This document shows, piece after piece, positions 1 to 12,752 of a DNA stretch of 64,000 nt (its first letter is position 1; each line of letters opens with the position of its first letter). The stretch is from contig NC_092676.1 in assembly GCF_964355755.1 (NCBI RefSeq), positions 4,069,888 to 4,133,887 on the forward strand. Reading direction: 5' to 3'. The DNA comes from Antedon mediterranea. Lineage: Eukaryota; Animalia; Echinodermata. The notes beneath the pieces were generated by a model. That model was not told the DNA's origin. It did not search any database and was given only the letters and a program-made list of their open reading frames with translations. Made by a program: the position numbers and the translations under genes.

Positions 1-3000
1 AATGCATTTAATGGTTTGACAGCATTAAAAAAACTGTGAGTGTATCTCAAATTTATCCCAATTCATTAATTTACGTTTTAGAATAATGACAGATTCATAT
101 TATTTAGTTTATCATTTCATAATGTGATCTTGTAACAAACAATTAATGAGAGGCAATGATCACCCAAGATCCATGAAATAACACCTTTGTACCAATAGGG
201 TTACATGCTCTAGCATAATTTTAAAGGAAAAAAATTCACAAGAAAAGTTTAAGACTAATTAGCCGTGGATGGAAGAAGAAATATAATCAGAAAAATAAAG
301 GGGTAAACACAGTGTTTATATACGGTAAGGTGTAGAAATCAATAGATAATTCACAACTAACTTAACTGCTCAAGCGTAAGCTAGCAAGACTATATACTAT
401 GCATTATTTATTATTTAAGGCGAATGAATGGTAACCAAATACACACATTGGAAGCCTATGCATTTTCTGGTTTGGAATCATTGACAGAACTGTGAGTATT
501 TTTTCAATACTTCACTTTACCAACTTTCTAATTTCAAAAGAAATTGATTATTGTTTAGAACCATTATAATGTCAAATTATTCCAGTTAATACTGAATGTC
601 ATATAGACTGCCCTAACAAACATTGAGTAAACAGTGTCAGTCAATGGAATTACAATGAACAACATGAATTATATTGTGATCCTTTTGATTCCAAGATATT
701 TTTTGTCACAAAAAAAGAAATAATGACATTTTACCATAATACTGTATCAAACAACTACTATATATATATATATATATGATGTATATATTATATGATTTTC
801 CTTAGTATGAATTATTTTATGTTGTAGTCAGTTAAGAAAATAATATCATAAAGTAGTTAAGTGTACTGTAGATTTGAATCCAATTTGTTTGCTAAATATA
901 AACGAAATATTTAACAAAGACACTAAGTTAGGGAAGGGCCGGACATATTGATAACCTTTGTAAAAATACAAAGAAAACAAATAGGTGTTTTATATAAACT
1001 AAGATATTTGGTTTCTTTTAAAATAAATATTAATTTTAATATATAACTTCTTTATTTTACCGTTATTATTTATGGTATAGAAGTCTGGGGAAACACTCAT
1101 ATAATGTTACATTTTCTGATTTCATTTTATATAATTGTTTAAACAACTTAATATTATAGATGTTTAAAAGTTATGTTATATGTTTTGTGTTTTAATTATT
1201 ATCATTTGTATTTATTATTTATATGCTATATTCATTTAATAACTATATCGGCGTCTATTAAAAAATTATTTATGTGTTACATTTCGAAGGCCAAATCTCG
1301 CCAACCGAAAGCTTTTTATTTAGTCGTTTTGTCAAATAAGTAAATCATGTAATTATTATTATTTTACATTTTGTAAAAAAAGTCAAAAAGACTATGCATT
1401 ATATTAAATAAAATAAACAGAAGGGCGTGAAAGATTACTGCAATTTTTGACTAAAAATCATGATCCTAATACATTAAAAGTTTTAATTTCTTTTGTGAGT
1501 TGTTGAAGCTTCCATAACATGAACAAGTGTTCGTTGCTATAGGTGTTTAGACAATCTCCTGTTAGTTGAGCAACATAGATTTAAGTAGTTTTAAAAACTG
1601 TATTCATTGTGATAATGCAAGTTTTTAGAAGTTAATAATACAACAAAAAATGTTTTTTTCCTGTCCTCTCTTGAAAGTCTGTTTCAATTATTAAATAATA
1701 AATTATTTTACATTGTTGGTTAAGCAATGACAATGGATTAATCACAATTTGTGGCTTATAAAAGATAATTTTTAAAAATCACAGTTTTTAGTTCATCTAT
1801 CATGAATGAACTTAATTTTTTTTTTAATTATTCCAAATCATTTATCCCCAAGTCAATTACAGTTTTCAACAACACCATTACTAGATACTTTGGTTCTGTT
1901 TAAGTAAATTGTTGTGTACTAGATGGTACGCTCGCTTCGCTCGCGTACCATCTAGGTCGTGCCCACAGATGGTTCTCGAATACATAATAATTTCAGCATT
2001 AAAAAACTGGCGATTTCAAATGTACGTACCGCAGGACAAATACATGTCGTTTACAGGAACGAATAAATAGACAATTTGATTTATGTACTCAACTAAAATT
2101 AGCACCCTGGGAATTACTTCCGAAAGAGAAACTTTTCACAAAATGAGACCAATTGTTTAAGTCAAATTTAAACAAACTTAATTTGTGTTTTGTATGTAAC
2201 ATTAGGGTTGAGGGATGGGGAAGAGGATGGGTGCAAAGAGGAACAATTTTTAAATATATTCTTTATCTATTTAGTAACGAAATATTAATTGTTTTCATGT
2301 TTTACAAATAATATACCACTAAACACAGTAAAACATTGCGATGTAATACTTTGTTGAAACTATCACCGTCCAAGTCGATTGAAATAGTACAGTACATGTA
2401 ACGATACATCACTACGACGTGTATATGTTTATATAATGTAAAACAATTTGTGAAAACCACCTCTATTCGGGGAAAATCATAAATTCGATTTAATCGTCAA
2501 TAAATATTAAATTATCTAACTCAACTTAATAAGTAGGCCTAATGGTTTTCAATTGTTTCTTAGAGCCAATTCATACTTAAGTTGGTTCCTACCCTACCCA
2601 CCAAAGTTGTTCTGCGTTTAGGGCATGTGATGTACCGTAGGCCTATCCTCTACTGGTTTTACAACGCTACTCATGCCAGTGAGAGAAGGGTGATGATGTG
2701 GGTGGTTTAATTGCAATAATAAAGATTTGTACATAATATACGGCGAGTGAAAACTCTAGCTCATTATCCGTTTAAAAAAAAATGTATATCCAACCACTGC
2801 AGCACAGATTGAAAAAAAAAATGGATCGAATTTCTGTTATGAGTATACAGTACTTGCCTTTACGACGCCTGAGGGAATAGACACTTGAGGAACAGAGATT
2901 GGAATGTTCCATTCATCGCAAATCAATACATTTGTATAAACGTATATTAAATCTATCAAAATAATATTTTTTAAAGAAAATCGGCCTTTCTTCAACATTA

Positions 3001-6000
3001 TGATGCTGTACTCGAGCTGTTCAACCGGTTTTCAGCTATTAAAAACAATTATCGTAGGAGGAAATAGGAAAATGCGAAGCATCCTCGTATTATTGTGTGC
3101 GGGTATTTTTCAAGACGGAAATCCATTAGACAGTGTATACCACGATCGAAAAACACCCCTATTTGGGGCAAATCGTTGAACCTAAATTCGTTTTAATCGT
3201 CAATAACTAATTATCGAACTCAATTTAATTAGTAAACAGGGTTACATCAAGTGGTTAAAATCAGTACCGAAAGTACGAACCAACTTTATATACCATCGAG
3301 TAAACATTCTAGAAATAACGCGCGATTTACCAAATTTTGCCCTTACGTAAATTTATATATAGATAACGTTTATGTGTAGTTTGTATAGCGTGTATAATGT
3401 TCTCATATATTTATTCATTTCTTAAAATAGTGTACAAAAAAAAACAGATTTCTGATTTGTTTTATTGAATCCAATTAATGCTGTGAGAGCAGCGAATTAT
3501 TAATGTTATTATAAAGCAATATGTAGAGACAGCAGACTTTCTTCATCGGCATAATACTACTACTGTAGTTGGAAGCAGGAGTACTTGTTACTCAGTATAA
3601 CATTTTGATTTTCAATCATTCTGGAAGTATCCATTCATAATGTAATAATAATTTTACATTGCAGGTTAAACAACTATAACAATAGATTTAATATTATTAT
3701 ATAATTTTATTATGTGATTTTATAACAAATTAGTTACAAAAAAAAAACCCAAAAACAACCGGTTTTTAATTAATTCATAATGAATTATTTTTATTTTTTT
3801 GTAAGATAGGCCTAATATAAATATAATTTAAGTGAGATTTTCTACATTTAGTATTTGCTTATGTAGTGATTTTGTTATCAAATTATAAATATATTTTTTT
3901 AATATTAACAATTACTTTGTATTTCTCTTACTTTGAAGGATATTGCACATCGGGCAAGTCATTGGATATCGGTATTTTTTTTAAAAATTATTCTTATGAA
4001 TTTCTTTTGATTAATAATTCATTAGTTCAATATATGTACTGCAAAAATGAATTCATATATGCCATGCAGTTGTTTGAAATGTTTAATTTTGATAACACAT
4101 CTAAGTATAGCATTTAAATATTTCCATTCCGTTCAGGGTTAAGTGGTACTACTATCACTACAGTTTTCCTTAAAACAAATTAGTTTACGGCCATTGCGGC
4201 TCTTCTCCACGTTCAAACATTTGAGAGACATCTATTTATTTCCTTTGAGACTTATTATAGGCTAACATTGGCAGAATTGTAAATTGTTATAGAAATTTGT
4301 CTTGCGACATCAACATAAAGTCTAAAAAAAGCACAAAAAAAATAAGTGTAATGACAAATATGCTTAATTTTGTATAAAATTTAAAGTAATTGAGTAAACA
4401 ATTTTTTCTTTCCTTTTCACAACATAATTTAGGTGGCTCTGAGAACAAATTTGTAATTGTTTACTTATAATATTAAATATCAATGAATAAATGAATGTGA
4501 ACAAAACAAGGCTATCAAATTAAATTAATGAAATCACTTTTTCTAAACCTTAAACCTATTCTTAAAAAAACAAGGCCAACATCCATTAAGTCGCGTGCTA
4601 CAATGCATAGTGATACCGGACCGACCGACAGACCGACCGACCGGCATAGTGAACAATAGAGTCGCGTCCACGCGACTAAAAAGGCATAATTTTGACGAAT
4701 TTTTGAACTTTTTCATCAAAAACGTGCGCAAATTATCCAATTCGACGTGCTCGTATGACGTAATTTTAAGTCAAAACTGTTTAAAAGTTGGTAAAATTAT
4801 TAGAAAAGGCTGCAAAAACATAAATCCCGCGAAAAAAGTATGTATTTAACGCTACGTGCGCACCGCGCGCGTAAACATTTGCGCGCGTATGGGAATTTTT
4901 GACATGCTCAAAATGACAAGAAACGCGTAGAAAGTTGATTAAAAATTAATTTTGCGCATTTTAAAATTTTAAATGCGCGCGCGCGCGTAACTTTGTGTAA
5001 AACACACATTTTTTTTCAACAGAAAGTTAGCGCCTGATATGAATTAAACTTTTGCAAAGCTTCAATTTAAAATGTTATTTGGTTTTTGCCCTATGTTTAA
5101 TACGAGAAAATCGTTAAATCGCGCGTAAATCACGTTGCGCAACTCTAACGTCATTCAAAATAGGATGTCCACAATTTCACGTAAATGCCCACATGTTGAC
5201 AGTTCAAAAAGTACAGAAAAGCAATAAAACCCATAGTAATACCGGACCGACAGACCGACCGACATAGTGAACTATAGAGTCGCGTCTACGCGACTAATAA
5301 ACTTGCCTAACATTATTCAAATTGCTTCTTATACTTCTACCTTTTTACTAATTCATTTCTTATACTAATGTATAATCTTGTTCCAATAAGCATGATTATT
5401 TTGTGTAATCTTCATAATGAAACTTCATTCAGTACCATTTTTTTGTAAAGACCTGTTTCATTTATTGAGTTGCAGGCTGCATTGCAGCGGTGATAACTAA
5501 TGGTTTTAATATATTGTAGTTGAAAACATATAATTTACATCAAAAATTAAATACTGCAATTTTTAGTCGCGTGGACGCGACTCCATAGTTCACTATGTCG
5601 GTCGGTCGGTCTGTCTGTCGGTCCGGTATCACTATGCGTTTTATCGCTTTCTGACCTTATCTTGATATCAGTTTAATCTAGCTAAGTCAATTTTTCACAG
5701 TATATTCCTTATGGCCAGGAATCGATGTGGTTATGTTTTCCCGGTGCGCAATAACAAATTACGCGGTCTACGCACGACGATTTAACGAAATCACGTTTGT
5801 AATCATATCTTCAAAACCATGAATCACAATTAAATAAAATTTGGTACTTGTAAATTACAGGGCATAAATCATCATATGGCAATACAATTACATGCGTAGC
5901 GCATGTAACGCATGCGTACGCGCGCTTACAATTTTCAAAATTTATTTTCGATGAAATAAGAGTACGTTTCAGGCAATTTTAAGCGTTTACAAAATTGCCA

Positions 6001-6869
6001 TGAGTGCGCAGATTTTTGCGCGTTAAATGTTATTGCGCACTCTATTTGCCCGATTTCTGTTTTCTTGACTTACTTTTCAACTCGAAATTATGTTATACGA
6101 GCACGTCAAAAGTGTCAGGCTACGCACGTGTAAATTAAAAAAATATAAATGTTTTTAAACATTTCAACATTTTTAAACATGTTCAGTAATTTCGGTCAGT
6201 TGGTAGGTTGGTCGGTCGGTAAACACTAATGAGCACGCGACTGCAGCCATCTATATGGCCTTGTTAATTCATACTGAACTTTTTCTTCAGGCCTGGCGTG
6301 TGGGACTCTAATCAAATACCTACAATAGAAGCCAATTCATTTAATGGTTTGACATCACTGCTACAACTGTGAGTATTTTTTCAATTTGTATACTTCTACA
6401 AACTTCCTAGATTTTTCAAATACAACATGTCATTTTAGAATATTTTTCAGTAGATTTTGTATCAAACAAAAATCAGCAAAACATGGCCAATCACAAGATG
6501 GTATATAAAACATCAACATCATCCATGGGTTACCAATGACATCAATCAATTTATCAATATAAAGCATAGACTGTTCAGAAAAGCCAAACGTATTGGTTCT
6601 GTATCTGCATGGGATGACTATAAGTCTATTTGTAATAAGGTTAAGCGTCTATGCAATAAGTCGTATTATTCATATGTCAACAAATTATTTACAAGTGACT
6701 CTACTCGTAAAGCTTTCTGGCGTTTTGTTAGAGAACGTAGAAGATCACCAGAACCCGTTATCTTTTAATATTAACGGTGTGAATGTTTTGTCACACCCTG
6801 TAATTGCTAGTTCATTTAATTAGGTTATATGCATGATATGCATATAACCTCTTGATTCTGTCAAAATCT

Positions 6870-6908
<39 letters not shown>

Positions 6909-9900
6909 TTCTTTCCTTAGCACTATTTGTCCGTGAATTATCTTGGCATCAGTTTCATCTATCTAAGTCAATTTTTCAGAGTATATTCCTTATGGCCAGG
7001 AATCGATGTGGTTATGTTTTCACGATGCGCAATCAAAAATTACGCGGTCTACGCGCGATTTAACGAAATCACGTTTGTAATCATATCTTCACAAACATGA
7101 ATCACTTTTAAACAAAATTTGGTACTCATAAATTTCAGGTCATATTTCATCATATGGCAATACAATTACGTGCGTAGCGCATATAACGCATGCGTACGCG
7201 CGCTTAAAATGTTGAAAATTGTCAGAATTTATTTTCGATGAAATTAGAGTACGTTTCAGGCAATTTTAAGCGTTTAAAAAATTGCCATGAGTGCGCATAT
7301 TTTTGCACGCGCACTGCGCGTCAAACGTTAATGCGCACTGTTTGTGTCCGATTACTGTTGTATAACCTTTCTTTAATAATATCATCATATTTTATTCACT
7401 TTTCAACGCGAAACAGCGTTATACGAGCACGTCAAAAGTGACGGGCTACGCACGTGTAAGTTAACAAAATGGTGAAAATATGCTAAATTTTAAAATTAAT
7501 ATATATCGTTAGAATGCTCGGGAACACCTATTTTTTATTTAATTTTCTTGAAGTGTATGTATCATATGTATGATTTATTATGAAATTAGAAGAACAAAAG
7601 TTGATTAAGTCATCATTAATGGCATATTAAATTTAACAAAATTAATTTCGACAATCAAACAAATTATAACATTTTCTTAGGCCAAAATAACAAACTTAAC
7701 GTTAACTTTCTTCCTTAAGAATTTCATATATTAAAGTTAAAAGTATATAGTTTGACAGTGCATCATTTTTTTAAATTTTTAAAGATGTCATCATAGTAAA
7801 ACATTATAATTCATTGCGGTATGTAATAATCTATCTGCACCAAAGTGGTTACTGCATAGTAAATACACGGTGGAATTTTTCTCCAACTTTTAGTCAGTTG
7901 TGTATGGCTCGATGGTCTGTGCTCGTGTCAATGGCATTCAAGGTACCGAGTTCAAGTCTCACCTTGGGAAACGAAATAAGATTTTTTTTTTATTATCCGT
8001 ATTGTTCAAATTTATTTCTTAGTGTATAGATTATACACATGATTTATAATGAAATCTAGATAAAAAGTTACTTTATGTCTTTATTATTATGTAACAACAA
8101 ATGCGGTTTATGACATTATACGCAGAGGGATCTTTGATCGGATTGTGATACCGGCTATGGTGTTCGCGTTAGCAAGGTCCTATCATATATTATAAATAAT
8201 TAAAGATTCTGAGAAAATCAATCAATCAATATATCTTTTAAAAATCAATTATCTTTATTTAAATCAATGCATATAACCTATAATTCGTCATAGTGACGAA
8301 TTAAATCTAGTTATTTTTTTGTTTCTGTTTTTAACCCACCCATAATTCCCAACTGTGAACCTCCGGTTTGTAATGTCCCAATCCCTGAACTTTCTCAACT
8401 TAACTTTAACGTCTACAATGTTGAGAAGGTGATTAATGGACTTTCGTCTAATAAATCTCCAGGTCCTGATTCCGTGCATCCATACATGAAATCTGCTTCC
8501 GAATTTATTGCTCCACCATTATTTAATTTGTTTAACTTGTCCCTGCGTATGGGAGAAATCCCCGCTAAGTGGAAAATGTCCCATATTACTCCTATATTTA
8601 AATCTGGTGATACAAATGCAATTTGTAATTACAGACCAATATCCCTTACCCTATATGTTCGAAACTGCTTGAAAAAATACTGTTTTCAAGTATATCTGAT
8701 CACGTTGCTTATAATTGTCCAATTACAGAAGCCCAGCACGGTTTTTTTCCCTCCCGTTCCTGTGTACCCAACTTACCAACCTAACACCAGAATTGATGTT
8801 ATCTTTCTCGACTACGCCAAAGCGTTTAATAAACTGCCCCACCATATTATTTTAAATAAGCTGGCTAGTCACTTCAATATCAGAGACAATGTCTGGAAAT
8901 GGATCAAGTCATTTCTATTGGGACGTTCCCAAAGAGTCTTGTATCAAGGATCCATTAGCCCATCATCCCCAGTTACCTCTGGAATACCACAGGGCAGCGT
9001 ACTTAGACCCCTTCTTTTTAACTTGTTTATAAATGACCTTCCCTCATCTATTATTTCTCAATGTGCATTGTTTGCCGATGACCCGATAATTTATAGAAAT
9101 ATATTTACTGTAGACGATGAAGTTGTTCTTCAGTGCGATCTGATCAGGCTTTCCTCTTGGTGTGATCTAAATGAAATGGAGCTTAACTTAAATAAAACCA
9201 AGGTTCTCCACATTACAAGATCAAGGAAAGAGTATAGACATGTTTATCGTATAAATGACTTGCCTATTAAATCCGTATCTAGTCATTGTCATTGTCATCT
9301 GGGGGTCACGATTAATAGTGAACTTACTGGGGATGACCATGTAAACTTAATTATTTCTCGTTCAAATCGAATGTTGGGTTTTATTACTAGTATTGCAGGA
9401 GGATCATCCCCTTCAGCTATTTTCTCACTCTATAAAGCTCTCATTGTCCCCATCCTTGAATATGGTGTCCCTGCGTGGTTGGGTGTCACGAAACCTAAAA
9501 CCACGAAAGCTAAGACCCCCTAAGACCTAAGATCACGAAAGCTAAGACCCAAGACCTAAGATTACAAATATTTATCTTTCGCACCTGCCTTGTATTTTAA
9601 CTCCCAACATTTATTCTGAATACCACACCTTAGAATTGGCACTTTTATGAAAAAGAATCACATAAAAAGTAACAAATACATTTTTAAATTGATGATTTTA
9701 CAGACGTTTTTCTCGCACACAAACTGTTTGCGAATTTCGCATGACTAGCCTACAGTACAGTAGCAGTAGGCCTTCCACCATGTTCAATGTTTTTGTTTCT
9801 ATGGAACGTCAAAAGAGCAAAAATTATATAGAGGGCTGAAAACTCTGTGGAGTCCATCTACAGTGTGGATGGAACAATGTAATATTAAAATTGTAATGAT

Positions 9901-12709
9901 AATAATATAATCATGCAAGTACGAAGAAATAAATACTGGCAAATAAATTTTAATTTAAAAATCATGATTTGTTTCGTTTTTCTTTCTGTTTTTATACTTG
10001 TACTATTATTGTAGCTCTTTTGGCGCTCCATAGAAACAAAAACATTGAGCATGGGGGGAGCTCGAGGAGTTACAGTATACAAAGAAACATGTCTGTAAAA
10101 TCATCAATTTAAAGGATTTATTATTTTTTTTTTATGTGTTTCTCCGTCTGAAAGTACTTATAAATCCTAATTTTAAAGTGTGGTATTCAGGATAAAGTTC
10201 GTCAACAAATTTGGAGTCAAAATACAAGAAAGGCAGGTGCGTAAGAAAAACATCCTCTGAACCAACACAATGGAGTAAATATATACCAACAAACAACCCG
10301 TCAAGTTTGTTTGTTGTAAAGAAAAAAATATACATTTACTCAACGGGCGAAAATAATGTGAGTTTATCTATGTTTTGCGGTAGTATTTAATTATATTTAT
10401 GGTAATAAATGAAACCTACTGTGTTTAAAATTATGTATGGATAAACAAGTATTGTTTTTAAGCTGTAGTATATCTTAGAATTTGTAATCTTAGGTCTTGG
10501 GTCTTAGCTTTCGTGATCTTAGGTCTTAGGGGTCTTAGCTTTCGTGGTCTTAGGTTTTGTGACACCCCTGCGTGGTTGCCTCGAACCAAAAAACTTACGG
10601 AACGTATCGAGGCAGTCCAGCGAAGGGCTACTAGGCTTGTCCTTAAACAAACAAGAGGTGAAATGGAATACGAGGAACGTCTCACTAAGCTAAATTGACC
10701 AACAGTACTCTCTAATCGAAGAAATTATCTTCTGTTATCCTTTGTTTGTAAATCACTTATGGAACGGTTGATTGTAGTAGGCTAGTATTCGTCAATCTGT
10801 AGTTGTTAATGGCCGTCATCTTGATACACTTAAGTTCATTCATCACTATGCTCGAACCAATTGTCTTCATCATTCCGCTATTAACATATTCCCTAGGTTA
10901 TGGGAAGAAATTCTTTAATTTTAGACAGTTTTCCAACATTTTTAAATTCACTTAAATCCCATGTTTTATATTGACTTTGTTGAATCGACTATAAAGTATT
11001 TTATCCTTTTATTTTATATTGACACTGTTGATTCGTCTATTTGTTATATAAATATTTTTATATAGTTTTTTATATATCATTGTTGTTACATTTGGGAGTA
11101 GGTACGGAACCTGAACTCTTATTATAGTGATTAGGTTCACTTTTAGGTTCCTGCCTACTCCCTTAGTTTCTGTGTTTTTGTATGTTTGTAACTGGTTTTT
11201 GGCAATAAATAATAATAATAATAATAATAATATTTCTTAATACATGGTCTGCTACTTGCTTAATACTACATTGTTTTACCTTGAAGGTGGTTGAGAGATT
11301 TCAAGATAAGTACATTGCCAGCAAATGCATTTTTTGGTTTAACTGCATTGACATTACTGTGAGTATTTTTTCATGTTATATACTTTATAATTATAATTGA
11401 ATTACTTCATAACATTTTAATTTATGTTATAAGTAAATTTAATATAGTGCTGTAACAAATAATGTATAACATCTAATTCCTTGATATAAAGACTATTTTA
11501 ACGTAACAAAGATTTCTGTATTTAAAAAATTGTATTTTATACAAACAAAATGTTTTCCTGTCCTCTTATGGAAATATTTGAGATGATTTAAGATGGTACC
11601 AGTACAGGGAAAGTAATTTCAATCTTCCCTAATGGTACATACCAATGCACTATATTGAATAAAAAGGACGCACAGACTTTTACGTGAGTATCCGTTATGA
11701 GGTGTCAATTTACAGGTGGTGTCCACAGAACGTTTTAACTGTATTATGGACCATATCTGAATAAGGCATAGGAAAAGTAAAGCGGACACAATTTCTTGGA
11801 TATTTTAATTTCTTTTTGACTGCGTATTCTTTATTGTAGGAGGTTGGACAATAACCAAATAAGGAAATTGCCAGCAAATGTATTTAATGGTTTGACAGCG
11901 TTAACAGAACTGTGAGTATAATATCTTAACCAATTTATCCCAAATCACTACATTGTACAATAAACATGCATGTAGTTTATCATTTTATAATGTGATCTTG
12001 TAACAAAGTGTAATTGAATTTTAATGAGAGATGATGAACCTGGAACCACTGGTCAACTTGCCTGAAATCACACTTTTTACTATAAAAGGGTTAATATTCT
12101 CTAGCATAAAGGCTAACATTTACATGGTGGGCAAGTAAAGCTTAAAACTACTTAGCGTAGTGGTTTTGGTTGCCAACAAAGCTGTAAATGGAAATTGAAC
12201 TTATAAAAACTTTAACCTGAACCAAAAATAAAAGGGGTAAATGCAGTGTTTATATTAAATAATTAGATAATTTGCAACTAACTTAATTAACTGCTCAAGC
12301 CCAAACTAGCAATACCATACTGTGCATTATTTATCATTTAAGGTGGATGGACGGTAACCAAATAAGTACATTGGAAGCCTATGCATTTGCCGGTTTGGAA
12401 TCGTTGACGGAACTGTGAGTATTTTTCAATACATTCTAATTTCAAAAGAAATTGATTGTGGTTGTAGAAGCATTTTAATTATTCCAATTAATATTGAATG
12501 TCATATGGACTGCCCTAACAAACATTGAGTAAACACCAGTGTCAGTCAATGGAATTACAATGAACAACATGAATTATGTTGTGATCATTTTGATTCCAAG
12601 ATATTTTTTGTCACAAAAAAAAGAATGAGATCTTACCATATACTGAATCAAACAAATTATATAAAAAAATTCTTTTAATTGTCACATAAATATTTAAATT
12701 CAATTTGAC

Positions 12710-12752
<43 letters not shown>

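Larger units (their letters stand above)
6500..11232 (+). mobile_element. Degenerate 5'-truncated CR1/L2-clade LINE, interrupted by two nested insertions
   Basis: ORF2 fragments: PW motif (ORF 6457), KSPGPD, NYRPISL, FLDYAKAF, GIPQGSVL, FADD, HLGV, then EYGVPAW|..IEAVQRRATR continuing across an insert. 3' (AAT)n tail at ~11205-11232. Frameshifts and an internal deletion are present. Confidence 0.88.
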
